Shown: piece after piece, positions 38,757-52,179 of the stretch
Position numbering within the stretch: the first letter of the stretch is position 1
How the letters are laid out: every line of letters begins with the position of its first letter
NCBI GenBank assembly: GCA_028023455.1
Contig: JAQFVV010000007.1
Location: 17,298,001 to 17,362,000 of the forward strand
Direction of reading: 5' to 3'
Length of the DNA: 64,000 bases
Origin: Epiperipatus broadwayi
Taxonomy: Eukaryota > Animalia > Onychophora
Position numbers and translations under genes: made by a program
The notes under the pieces: generated by a model
Databases searched by the model: none
Seen by the model: only the letters and a program-made list of their open reading frames with translations
What the model was told of the DNA's origin: nothing

Positions 38757-38866
38757 TTTTTTTTTTTAAGTGTCATAGCATCGGCCGGGACGCGAACCCG
38801 CAACCCGGGCAACTGCCTGCTAGTGCAAGGCAGTCGCGCTGACCTCTCGACCACCAATGCAATACT
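38757..38866 (-). mobile_element. Young tRNA-derived retrocopy / very short SINE with poly(A) tail and TSD
   Basis: Minus strand: GCATTGG...CCGATGC acceptor stem (38860-38778), A box TGGTCGAGAGG, B-box-like GGTTCGCGTCC, 10-nt trailer, then A-run. Flanked by duplicated 'taaatcttttt'. Absent from the four paralogous sites. CpG-rich. Confidence 0.85.
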
Positions 38867-39478
38867 TAAATCTTTTTATATAGAATTATGCAGAAAAGCA
38901 ATAACCTGAAAACAATTTCAATTCAGCCTATATATATAAATCAGGAAGCAACCTGATTAATTATCCCATGGAATAAAATTGGCTTAATTTTTTGCAAATA
39001 TAGTTTATTAATTTTTAAGTAATACATTTATTTTTACTTTGTATTTTTTTTTTAGTTTTTAATTCATTAATTATACAGTGAAATTTATGAAGTCAGAAGT
39101 ATTTTATTAAATATATACATTGCTACATTTCTAATATGTTTTGCAATGGATAAGAACGCATTTTATTTTTTTTAATCACTTTATGGTGGTTGGACTTTTT
39201 TTTTCCCTATTGAAAGTCCCAAGAAATATTAATCCGACAGTAGAAACCTTAATTAAAAGCGACTCAAACAATTGTTTGTAAACATTTTAATACTTTCCTT
39301 AAGGTTAAAGGATTTTATTTTCATTATTTTTTTTTAGCAATGTAACATATTGTATAAGATTTGATTCAGAATTTAGTCAAATACAGTTTTCATCCCTCCA
39401 CAATTCATTTAGTGTTTTAACTTAAGAAGGCTAAACTTTTACTTTTTTTTTTGTTTAGCAATGTAAGATAAAGTATAA

Positions 39479-40017
39479 TTTAATGAATAATAGTTATGTG
39501 GTATAATTTTCACTAGATCACTCTCATGCAAGACTGAGACTGGTTTCTATCCACTTTTGATAATATGTTTGTGGAGGGGTATAATAATAAACATATGACC
39601 CAAGGCATGTGAAAAAGATGTATGAATCCCATGATGCATATTTCATGCTGAACCAGCATTCATCAGTTGGCCCAGATCATAATCTCTGATTGTTCAATAT
39701 ATATTCATAGCTTATTACTACAGTTTAATTGATAAATGTCAAACTTACTGCCCTCACAACTTTGACACAAATGACTTAACAACTGAAAATACTAATAATT
39801 TTTATTAATCATTCATTAGATTCGAAATTGTCCATTTAATGAATAATATTTCTGTAACGTAATTTTCAAAGTTGTGAGGATGATAACTTTGACACTTGCC
39901 AATTAAATGATAGTAATTGGTTATCTTTACATATTGAATGATTATACATATATGTGTAAAATATTGTAATCTTGACAAGCTAATGAATACTGATGTAGCA
40001 AGAAATTTGCATCTTCA
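39479..40017. repeat. Inverted repeat H1, copy D (right arm cut at ~40017 by unrelated sequence 40018-41750)
   Basis: 'tgtcaaacttactgccctcacaactttg' (39737) pairs with 'caaagttgtgaggatgataactttgaca' (39867). Confidence 0.8.
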
Positions 40018-42102
40018 GTATAATATGTTGAAACAGTCAGTTTCCACCACCTGTCTGTTTAATGTATTTTACCCTCACACCTATATCTATGCCAGATTTA
40101 AACCCTCTCAGAGTACCCATTTAAACAACCTTAAATTACTATATATGTGGGATCACACATATATATGTGAGCGGTAAGTCTGCAATTAAAATAGTATATG
40201 TATATATTACAGATATATGTTTATTTTAACAATTGCAAGTTAAAAAAATAATTCAGTTTAAATTATTAGTCTATTTTATGGTTTATTTTATTGAAACTGC
40301 ATATAAATAAATGCATTCTCGATGCCACCATCCCACATATTTAGTGATAGGATTAATTTTGTACTAATTATAAATGCAGCTTTTCGTTTTAGTTGTAAAC
40401 AACTCTTAATTAGACCACCATAGTTGTCTTAATATCGCATGAGCCTCATTTTATGAATCCAAAATTTTAATAACAATTCTCAGAATTTGATCAAGTTGTA
40501 ATCAAAATGCAGCTGACTCGTAATAATAAACCAGAAGAGAAAAGGTGGAAAAACAGGATTAAAATTAGGTTTAGTAATTAAATGTTTTTCTAAAATGAGT
40601 TAATGGATTTTCCAACCGGTCAAGCTTGTTAACAAACAGATGGTCAGAATTAACAAAAATATAAATAGTTCAAATTTTGTAGGAGCGTGATTCTACAGAC
40701 TACAATGAACTATACCTCAGCAAAGCAGCCCGTGGTGGAAGAATCTCCAGGATCATCCAACCTTCATAGAAGTGTGCCAACCATATTATTTCCATGTACG
40801 TGAAGCTGCAATAATGACAACTGGTAATTTAATAAATTTCCGCAGAGCTCTGTTCATAAACTGTAATTTTCAATTATCTATCTAAAGCTAGCTATTTATC
40901 AAATCTAAATCTAGCTTATAAATCCATTTTCTAAAATCTATAAAGAAAACTATTAAATGCTAATTTCTGTAAAACCTGATCTTGTCTTCATATAAAACTT
41001 ATAATGTAAAAGTCTCTCCTAAAATATAAAACTCTAATAATGTGCTTTAAACTATATATATAATTTTCTGTGCTTTTTTATGCCTATTTTGATCTATTCT
41101 ATTTACTTTATAATTTTATCATTTTAATATTACATGTATTTGATATTCCAAATGACTCAAAACCACGAGTATATATATATATATAACTTTAGTGTATTTC
41201 TCTGCGAAGATAATTTCAAATCTTCATGATAATAAATATTAAGTAATCAAATTATTACTTTTTCACTCACCATTTCAAGATCATGTTATTGTTTTCCTAA
41301 TTAATTTTGTGAGTCAATACTATAGTGATCAGTAATGCTCTAGTTAAAATTGTAGTTTGCTTAGCTTTAGATATAAATTATAACTTTCTATACATGTAAT
41401 CTGTACATCATAGGAACAAGTCACAGGGATATTATCAAAGCTTATTTATAATGTTTTGTCAGTAATTGCCCCACAAATATGCTTTATCCTCCTTAGATTT
41501 ACATATATGTTAGAAATGCAAGTGGTATCTTAAACTAGGTTACTAATTAATTTAGTCCCTAAATAGTATATTTGAAATACTAAACTTGAGAACTGGGTTG
41601 TATAGATATGCAAATAGATGCTATCTAAATTTAAGCTAGCTTAATTCAATGCATTTGCATTATATATGTGTAGGTTGGGAATGTGTCCTTACTAAGTACA
41701 TTATGTACATTAACTGCTTGCTGCATGCTTCTTCATGAGTCACTGGCAGTAATAAAATTGAAAGTCAATTTTTTAAATTGAATTTTAATTAAGCCTTTTG
41801 AAAATTTTAGTGAATTTTTCTACAGAAGTACTCAACCTGTTCAATACATGGATGATTTGTCCCTGGTGTGGAAGATGGTGATGGAGACCAAATGATGATT
41901 CTTGTTCAGCACAAAATATGTATATTGGAGATCATTTGTCTTTCACACATGTATGTGGCCATGTGTATTGGTTGTATAAGATAGAATGTATAGCTGTAGG
42001 GAACTTGAAATTGTGTCCAGGTCCCCTCTAATTATACTTAGTTTAATATACACAGTATAGATATACTTAAATATATACATATCAGAATAAACTAACTGAT
42101 GT

Positions 42103-45100
42103 CTATGTATGTTATAGTGTTCATATTACTTGACTCTGGGAAGGTTTCAAACTAATGCGATGGCTACTTTAGAAATGAGAATAAGGAAAATATTATTACC
42201 TAGGATTTTAGAACGTGGATACTTTTTGCTGTTTGCTGCTTCTAATGAAATATCTCTAGCTGGTTAGATTTGAAGTTTTCTTGTGAAGATTTGATGCTTA
42301 TTATTCCGAGGCATTTTCTTTAAGATAATTAGGTATCGAGCGGCTTCATATTGTTACACAGGCTTCACTTTTATCGGGCTAGTTGGCTGTTTTCATCGGA
42401 CTCAAGCTAGAGAAAGTCGTATGTTTCCAAGGTTTCTAACACTGCATTTTTGATTCTGGATACATAATAAACTGACTGATATAACTCACTGATAAATTGT
42501 ACTGAACTGTTATCTCAACTGATTGTCCGATGAAACACTGGACTATTTATACTTAAGGCCTGTTGTCGTTTTGATGTCCCCCAGTTAATTAGCAGCTATT
42601 GCAAACATAGTGTTGTTGTTTTTTGTTTGCATTTATACTTAAGGCCTGTTGTCGTTTTGATGTCCCCCAGTTAATTAGCAGCTATCGCAAACATAGTGTT
42701 GTTGTTTTTTGTTTAACTTAATAGCCATCACTGTGTTCTTTAATGATAATTTTCTATATCATTTTTTTAATATTTACTACACATACATTTATTATATTTA
42801 CAATGACACATATATACTTTACTAACAAACTCATATTAATTCGTCATTTACGCACATATATAATTTAAGATCATTTCACTATTTAGTTTTTAAGATGACT
42901 TTTTTTTACTTTAACTTAAAAAAAAGAGATTTATATTTTTAATTATTTGAAAATCAACTTCTTTTAATTTTCCCCATAACTATGAATTAATTGTTTTTAG
43001 CAAAAAAAAAACTCTAACTTTTTTTATAAACTTTTAACTAGATGTTTATAAAGCAAACCCCCTCCCCCTTTTAATTAATTAATTGTAACTTTTATTTCAA
43101 AAAAACTCTTTGACTTTTAATTTTTTTTTTTGCGTTTCGAAAACAAACTGCAATACAAAACTCTTTATACTTTTACATACTATTTCTCTTAAAGAATAAT
43201 TTTATTTTAATAATTTTTAGACAAAATTATTATATATACCAACAACGATATTGGTACATTACACTACCCTCTGTTTGAGAGGAAAATGCATCATTTTTGA
43301 CCATTTTATCTCTGATGACTTTAATTTTTTATTAAATCTTAAATTATTTAGTTTACTTTCTAATATCTGATACTTTACATGCTAAGGGCAATCTTCCATT
43401 ATGCTTTGCTTCTTTTGGTGCTGGCAACATTGCTTACAATGATCTTAGTACTGAATAGTGACCATGAGGACAGCACTTTTTGTGATACAGGGATTTTTTG
43501 TAAATGAGGCAGATACAGATTCGCTGGCTTATACTGACTTACACATATGAAAAACAAAGCTTCAGATGCTGGTTCTCTTAACCGAACTTTGACAAAAAAA
43601 AGATCGCTGTGAATGGCTGGATTCATCTACTGTCCATTTGTTTTCGCTTTGGAAACGAGGTATGAGATATGGGGATTCTCCCTTGAAAAAGTGATTTGTG
43701 GCTTATGCTGGTTGTTCCCAGTGTGTATTTTAAAAGATGAATGATCCCTGACAGTCCGTTACGGGTGCTAAATTTTATCCAGCTGACAGCTTTAACTTAT
43801 CTAAAACTTATTTCAATACTATCCTCATTCTCTTTAATTTCAAACCTTTATACACTCCTAATATAACTTAGATAGAACTTTATATTTTACTTATTTTAAC
43901 TTTACCATATTATTTTTAAATTCCCCTGAACCTTATCTTAAACCATTTATTTATATTAATCTTACAATATATTTTTTTAAACCATTATGAGAATTATTTT
44001 ACATATTTATTTATATTACAATATTATTTTTAAACCATTTATTTAACTTGCATGGATTCAGAAAACTATTTTATTTTATTGCTCTTCATTATTATGCAAA
44101 TACTTTTATTTATTTTATTTGACTTGATTAATTTTATCAGCTGGCATGTATTCAAAACAAACTTTTATTTTATTACACTACTTTATTTATTATTTTTTAC
44201 AGATATATTATACTTATTTATTTAACTTGATTTTATTGATTTTTTTTTTTAACTGTTTGTTTACGAGCATTTCTTCTTAATTACTATGTGCATGACAAAA
44301 AAATATTTTATTTAGTAAAGCCTCCTTTTTATTATTTTAACTTTCAAGCATTTTATTTATTATTATTCATTTACTTTCAAATTTATTATTTTAGTTTTAA
44401 AAAGAAGTTTCAGCTTTAAATTTATCAGATTTATTTACATTAGAATGATCATATTCGTGCTCATTGTCCATTTCCGGTCCTTTGTTTCTCATCTTTACTA
44501 TTCTGCCTGATTACAAACTTTTAAACTATGTCAGATGGTTCCTTCTTTCTTTCTACTAATTCACTAACATAAATTATACTCCATATCCTCATGTCTATCC
44601 CTCGATTAAAACTTGTTGTTTTATCTCTTTCCCGTTCTGTACTATTTTCAACTTTGTAAATTAGAAAACTTCTATATTTAGAAAAACTCTAAATTACTTC
44701 AATATGGGAATATTTTTTTCTACTCTTTCTCTTTTTAAATCTATTTTTAAATCTACGCTTATAACAAACACAAACATTTACTTTAACATTTTTATTTTTA
44801 CTTTCTTGTGAAAACTTGTTTACATTATCTTCTATCTTTTGATTTGCATTTGTTTCTACTTTATCCATTTCAACACTATCTGATTCTACTATCTCTTTAT
44901 CTACCTTTTCTAATTTGTCCTTCCCTTCATTTACATCTTTTACTAACTCGACTTCCTTTTCTATATCCCGACTTTCTTTAATAGAATCTAGCTCTATAAT
45001 TTCTTGGTTCTTCTCTACCTTTCCTGTTATCTTTTCGCCCATCATTGCCTTCAGTTCTCTAATCATTTCTACTTTGACCTGATTAATGTCTTCTTTCAGT

Positions 45101-47340
45101 TCAGCTTTGAACTCTTGCTGACTTTGCTTGATTTCTCGTATTTCTGCTTTGAATTCCTGCATCATATTCATTATCATTTTCATCATCTTTATCTCAGATA
45201 TATCTTCTTTTCTATTTCCTCCATTTTTGCAACAATATTTTTTTTATTTGACTAAATTTAAATACGAGCTGTTTATTATTTTCTTACACGGAACATAGAC
45301 TGACTCCACCCCCTTGTCCTTTTCTCTACCCGTTCTTAACACCTCAACTCCACCCTAAAATATCTAACTGTCTTTAATTTAAAAGAATAATTTATTTTAA
45401 TTTGCATAAATGTCAAAATCTCTTTTCATTTAAAGAAAAAAAAATTTCGGTCAATTCTTTTTTTAAAATTAAATCACTTTAAAATACGTAATTTAGCTTT
45501 TCTTTAAAATTTTTATTTTCAAATAAGAAACAAAGTATTTAATTACTGTTGTTTCTTAAGTTCAGCCCTACATTGGGGGAAGCCATTTGTACTGGGTTCA
45601 ATCTGTAGATGATCCAATTTACTCTACATGCTAGGTTTAACTGGGTTTAAACCTTATTTATAATAAATTTATAATCTTATATTATAAATATTACATGAAT
45701 GAACTGGCACATTCGAGCAGAGTGGAGAATATTATTGATAGCAGAGCGGTCAACAATGCCCATGATTGGACCGAGCTATGCAACACATAACACGATCACA
45801 TTTCCAGATCGTGGCCCGCCTCAATTACTAGATTCAAACCCCTACTATCCAAACACTTTATTTTTTTCGGAGTAAACCCCAGGCACCAGCTAGTCTCTAA
45901 AACTAACATGTTCGGACAGTAGGCCCATAATCCAGCACTCAAAAAACTAGCTCAGTCTATTTTTAATTCAATAACAACTTATTGCTTAACTAGTGGCAAA
46001 AGAATCGACTGACAAATTAAACTTTAAATTTAATAGACAATTTATTTTAATTAACATTTATTATACTAATTTTATATACTTTTATAAATCTCAATTAACA
46101 TAACATTGGTATTTTTTATATAATGACCATGCACACTCTTAATTCACACACTATAATATCATATAACAAAGCATTAAATAATATTTGATATTTAAAACAC
46201 ACACATCAATAGTTCATCTATGTATGTTATAGAGTTCATATTACTTGAGTCTGGGAAGGCTTCAAACTAATGCGATGGCTACTTTAGAAATGAGAATAAG
46301 GAAAATGTTATTACCTAGGATTTTAGAACGTGGATACTTCTTGCTGTTTGTTGCTTCTAATGAAATATTTCTAACCGGTTAGATTTGAAGATTTCTTGTG
46401 GAGATTTGATGCTTATTATTCTGAGGCATTTTCTTTAAGATAATTAGATATCGAGCAGCTTCAGATTGTTATGCAGGCATCACTTTTATCGGGCTAGTTG
46501 GCTGTTTTCATCAGAATCAGGCTAGAGAAAGTCATATGTTTCTGAGGTTTCTAACACTACATTTTTGATTCTGGATACATAATAAACTGACTGATATAAC
46601 TCACTGATAGATTGTACTGAACTGTTATCTCAACTGATTGTCCGATGAAACACTGGACTATTTATACTTAAGGCCTGTTGTCATTTTGATGTCTGCCAGC
46701 AATATTTGATGTTGAAATTCCTTCCTTGTTTTTAATTGCATTCCTCGAGATAAGCTTTTAATCCTGTTGTTGGAGATGTTAATTAGCAGCCATTGCAATC
46801 GTAGTGTTGTTGTTATTTGTTTAACTTAATAGCCATCACTGTGTTTTTAATGATAATTTTCTATATCACTTTTTTAATATTTACTATGCATACATTTATT
46901 ATATTTACAATCGCACATATATACTTTACTAACAAACTCATATTAATTTGTCATTTATGCACATATATAATTTAAGATCAGTTCACTATTTAGTTTTTAA
47001 GATGACTTTTTTTCTTTAACTTAAATAAAAAGAGATTTATATTTTTAATTATTTGAAAATCAACTTCTTTTAATTTTCGCCTTAACTATGAATTAATTGT
47101 TTTTTAGCAAAAAAAAAAAAACCCTCTAACTTTTTTTATAAACTTTTAACTAGATGTTTCTAAAGCAACCCCCCCTTTAATTAATTAATTGTAACTTTTA
47201 TTTCAAAAAAACTTTTTGACTTTTAATTTTTTTTTTGCGTTTCGAAAACAAACTGCAATACAAAACTCTTTATACTTTTACATACTATTTCTCTTAACAA
47301 ATAATTTTATTTTAATAATTTTTAGACAAAATTATTATAT
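42103..47340 (-). mobile_element. Non-autonomous / internally deleted Gypsy-like LTR retrotransposon with both outer LTR ends lost
   Basis: Direct repeats 42103-43238 and 46219-47340. Inner LTR termini are TGTAC (minus strand, 43258) and GTACA (minus strand, ~45587). PBS-like TGGCTTCCCCCAATGTAGGGC (~45565-45583, minus) resembles the tRNA-Lys PBS TGGCGCCCAACGTGGGGC. Purine-rich tract at ~43259-43275. The internal region is only ~2.3 kb and has no pol. Confidence 0.75.
44689..45186 (-). CDS. Gag-like N-terminal coiled-coil remnant
   Basis: Heptad-like QEFKAEIREIKQSQQEFKAELKEDINQVK, located ~400 bp downstream of the putative PBS in the same orientation. Confidence 0.5.
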   Translation of the reverse strand: MMKMIMNMMQEFKAEIREIKQSQQEFKAELKEDINQVKVEMIRELKAMMGEKITGKVEKNQEIIELDSIKESRDIEKEVELVKDVNEGKDKLEKVDKEIVESDSVEMDKVETNANQKIEDNVNKFSQESKNKNVKVNVCVCYKRRFKNRFKKRKSRKKYSHIEVI

Positions 47341-48459
47341 TGGAGATCATTTATCTTTTTTATATGTACATGGCTAAGTGAATTGGTTGTAGAAGATGCA
47401 GTGGATAGCTATAGAGAACTTGAAAGTGTATTTGGATCACTTGTAATTACATTTTGTTTAATATGCATATACTTAAATATATACATATCAAAAGAAACTA
47501 ATTGATCTTTCGTTTTTGTGTGTGGTAGTAAATGAAAATTGAAAAATAAAGAAAATATGTTTAAAAGCATAACAATAATATAATTTTTATTTTTTAGAAT
47601 ACAACACCTGAAATGAATACATTTTAAAGTCATGCACTCACTATAAAACAAATAATGTTTGATAACTTAAAAATATTATTTATTTAGTGAATAACCTTTA
47701 AAAAAAATAAATTGGCAATGAGAGCTTTGTAATAATTGATGACAATAAATCCATTATAACTATACATCCAAAAGGATATCTATCGCCATATAGAAGTTGG
47801 TAGTAATAAATGCACATGCATATGTTTCAAACCCATAATGGGATGAATTAATTATGTTTGGTAACAAATTATGAAAACAAACATTCATTTAATGAAATTA
47901 TAGCTAGGTGGTTAATTTCACTATTTCTATGTTGTCCCACTGAGTGGCACTATAAAATAAAATGCTTTCTTCTCATATTTTCAAACATATTCCTTGTTTT
48001 TCAATCATTGTCTGCTATAAAAAAATATTATGTTCATGTTTGTTTCCTAAATAATATTATTTTCAAGTTTTCAAACATATTTCATTGTATTAATTAACAA
48101 ATTATGGTCCAGTTGGCATGAAAATGGGGACTCCATCAATCGATAAAATATATAAGCAAAAATTACCGAATAAACTTTATTAATTACAAAATTATTTCTT
48201 CAGATGAATTGTAACATTAATATTATTAGAAATATATTGTTTTAAATAATATAGTTTATTAAAATGTTTTCAATATAGGAACACCCTGAGAATATAATTT
48301 AAAAAATAGCTAACTCTCCATATGTATTGCACCCAGTGCTAGCCACAATAAACAATGGATGCAAAAATGTTTGTGCAAAGAAGCCCATCTAGTGCCTACT
48401 AATTCACTATCTTGAGATTACTTTCTAGCTTGTGACCTTTATTATAGAGATGCCTTGTA

Positions 48460-49560
48460 TTTGAAAGCACAAAATTTAGAACTTAGGATCTAATGCAACC
48501 CTTCAACAGCCACTTTTTACCATTTTTAGTTAACCATGAAGCTATGAGTTCAAAATGAAAACACTAATGTTTTCAATAGAAGTTCGTACTGTATAGTTAT
48601 AAGGATTAGAAACCAGTTAACTATCTATATATTTGATGACTTCGGTTTTTTAATAACTATAGTCACCATAATTCCATGGGCAGGATTAATATTAAAACAT
48701 TAAACAAAACATGATCATCATTTCCTGTGCTTACATAACCTGGTAAAACAGTAGTAAACTCTCCATACAGTAGTGCCCCAAGTGTAAACTATAATAATCA
48801 AAGGATGCAAAAAATATTGTGCTTAAAATATCTATTTCATCCAATATCCCTGACTAATTTCTAGCTTGTAGTTTTCAGATCTTAAGATTTAATGCAACCT
48901 TCCAGCAGTTAACTTTTACCATTTTCGTTAACTGAAAACCATGCTGGGATATTGGATGACCAGCACTAGATATGGATTTTACCCATAAGCCATCTTGAAT
49001 CCATTGATTGCTATGGCTTGCATTATGTGGCATTGTAGTGTAGAGTATGCTACCACTTTAACAGCTTGTGTAAACATAGGAAATGGCGATTATATGTTGC
49101 TAAGTGGTTTAATACTAATACTACACATTTGGATTATGGTCACTACAGTTATTAAAGAGCCTAAGGCAACAAAATGTATAGACACTTAACTGGGATCACA
49201 TTTGTATAATTGCCCAAGTGAATGAGCTTGGATTGATAATGTTATTTTGTTTTTATTTTGGACTTGTATCTTTATAGTTAATCAATAAGATAAAAAATTG
49301 TTATTGGTGGGTTTATTACATCCTAAACTCTAGGTGCTGTGCTCTCAGATCCAAGTCTCCTCACTAAGGGTAGCCATTAGCCAGAAACTAATCTGGGAAC
49401 ATTGGATGGGTAGGTACTAGACAGAGATTTCATGCATACATTTTCTTGCATTCATTAATATCGCTTGCAATAGGTGGCAGTATTGTATGGAGTTTGCTAA
49501 TGTTTTAATTGCTTATATAAGTATAAGAAATGGAGACCATGGGATGTTTAGTGGGAGTAT
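48460..49560. repeat. Palindrome H2, copy C
   Basis: 'tttaataactatagtcaccataat' (48649) vs rc of 49132-49157 'tttaataactgtagtgaccataat'; two forward plus two reverse subunits as in copy A. Confidence 0.85.
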
Positions 49561-49934
49561 TTTTCTCTATATAATACAGTCATAAAGGTTGGCAATTTTT
49601 CAACTTGAGTATCATTAAAATTATTAATAATCTAGTGGAATGCATTAATTGCTTGAGTTGAAGCATCCCTGCAATATATTGCATCTTTTTAAATGTTATT
49701 CTAATTTTAAAATGATTCCACTCTAATGGCCTATTTTGACTGCAGTTTCTTTATATTCGGTGACATTTCAAAGTCTGTGATGATTGATGATCTTCATATT
49801 TTGGAGTATCAATTCACTCAGTTTTTGTTTTTATTAGCCAATCTTTATATTGTGATTAGAGTGATTATTCCTCTGGTAATTGACATTTTTAATGACTATA
49901 CTAGACTCTTAAATAGTATATCGAAACAAATTTT

Positions 49935-50754
49935 GGTAGTCATGCACTTTGTCCAATGTAGCCATTTGATGGCATTATTCCTGTGCAAAAACACAGAAAT
50001 ATGATGTTTACTTGGCCTAAGTTACAGCCTATAGAACAGTTCTGTTCATATTAGTCATTAAGCAGATCTAGATGGCATTGCACACAAATATTATGGCTCA
50101 CTAATGTGCTTGGAATCACTATGGAAATAATGCACGTTTCACAGATCACTACCGTACAATATGGGGGTGTATGGAATTCAACTGTCCATAAGTGTTTTGA
50201 TGTGCATTCTAAGTAATGATCTTAAAACTTACCTGATGTAGTATTACATACTAATAATTATAATCCTGTTGCCACATTTCCCTACACATCTTGGAAGGTG
50301 ACAAAAATGGCAAAAGTGTAGGTCCCAGAACCATTTCGCATAAATCATGTGAAAAGGCACATTTGCAGGAGAGCAGCTATGAGAATACTATGCGCGAGTG
50401 CATATATTATCTGATCCTTCATATCTGCAAACCATCAGATCTCCCCTCCACAAATTTCATCATTACACACTGAAAGCTTTGTTTGCTCATATGAGTTCAT
50501 GTATCTGCTGAAATGTATAATGTAATTATAAATTGTAATTTAGAAAATGTTATTGGTTCATAAATTGCGTTACGTGCTGAAATGTATAATGTAATTTATA
50601 AAATAATGTTGTTTCGTAAATTTTTTAAAAATATTTTTAACAATTGTCAAAGAAGAGAAAGCAAAAATTTATCAGCCTGGTAATGTTACATTTCATTATT
50701 TTTGCAAGCAACTACACCATCAAGCAGCCACATTGGGCAAGGTGCACAAGAATC
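49935..50754. mobile_element. 820-bp non-autonomous DNA transposon (MITE), Merlin-like
   Basis: Perfect 8-bp TSD caaatttt (49927-49934 and 50755-50762) and ~80-bp imperfect TIRs (ggtagtcatgcactttgtccaatgtagcc vs rc gattcttgtgcaccttgcccaatgtggct). Absent from paralogous units. The superfamily is inferred from the 8-bp TSD and GG/GA termini. Confidence 0.8.
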
Positions 50755-51711
50755 CAAATTTTCCTCCTCTTCAAATTTTTATACCACATTATATTGATAT
50801 TCTTTACATTTTGTTACAAGGCTAGAGTGGCAGATACAAGAGGTCAAGGTCCAGGAATCACAATTTAGCTTAGTCACTCTCAATACTCTAACTTTTGATC
50901 ATCTTCTGATCAAGAAATGATTCATTTATTTATCTATTGGATATATTGTGATAAGCAATTCTAGGTTTCTATCATTGGTTAATCTATTTTTGCTCCATAT
51001 CTTATAGTTTTATGTAAAGAGTCTTATGATGAATTTGAAAAACTCCAGTTGTCAAAGCTAAGTAATGACATTCACCTAATGATTATACTTTCACTTCTCA
51101 AATCATATCTTCATAATGAGGACTTTTAATTAATTTTATCTTTTTTTCAGTCTCATTTTCCTTTTTTTTGCTGAATATCTTATTATTAAATCTATGCTGG
51201 TATCAGCAATTTTAGTGATATTTATAATAATATATTGCATTATAAATATTGTCAGCAAAAATCACTTCAAACTGCTTGGTATTAAGCAGTTATGAGTTTC
51301 TATCTCATCCAAAACAACAGGAAGAGGAATAATTAATTCCTCATGCCATTCATAATTTTAAGAACAAAATAGAACAGCATTTAAATTATTGCCAACATCA
51401 ATGACAAGTAACACTCTGATTGGCTTGTCACAATGAAAAGTGCTGAGTTTGAAATGTGTGATTCATCGAGTGCCGTTCTAGCTTGGTCATTTGCAGAGAT
51501 CAAATTCCAGTGAATCCCAAGCAATAAACCATTGATGATGATGATTATTATTATTATTGGTTATTATATTGCAAATAAATTATTTATATTTATTCTTGTA
51601 TTAACATGCATATGGCTAATTAATAGATATTCTTCACTTTGCTTTTGTAATTAAGTTTCAAACCATCAACACATCAATGATCACCTTTTCATATGCTTAT
51701 TTTATCTATAG

Positions 51712-52179
51712 CAGGGGTGGCCAAATAGTGGCCCACCAAGACAGTCAGAAAAATTCCACCTTGAACCGAGATTTTCTTTCTGTGCATGACCAAAGATTCT
51801 TCTTGTATTTTCCACTAGGATGGCCACGTCAATATGCATGCACAGTGTAGATACAATGCACGGTGCTTTTCCAGTAGATCTGCTTAATTTCAATTTTGCC
51901 TTAGCAACAATAAATATATACACTTCCAACTTTAGTGAAACCACTGAACTCTCCAAAAAAACATAAAATCAGTGAAGAATGTTGTGTGTTTAATGAAGAA
52001 TAGACAAGCAAATATTTCCTTGATAATACAGAAAATAAAGCAGTGTGCTTATTGTGTCATGAAAGAAAGGGGCAGCCCTCCACTAACCTCCGCTTTCACA
52101 AAGTAGTCCCCAACATGGCCTTCCACTAGCCTCCACTTCCACAAAGTGGCCTCCAAGTCACAACAATTGCCAACCCCTG
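51712..52179 (+). mobile_element. 468-bp internally deleted hAT (Charlie/Buster-like) element
   Basis: TIRs caggggtggccaa / ttgccaacccctg; 8-bp TSD atctatag / atctgtag. Transposase N-terminal remnant KISEECCVFNEE*TSKYFLDNTENKAVCLLCHE at ~51966-52064. Confidence 0.9.

Noticed and set aside
38778-38860. Functional tRNA gene
   Set aside because: Enlarged anticodon loop, non-consensus B box, poly(A) tail with TSD, and absence from paralogous sites indicate a retrocopy.
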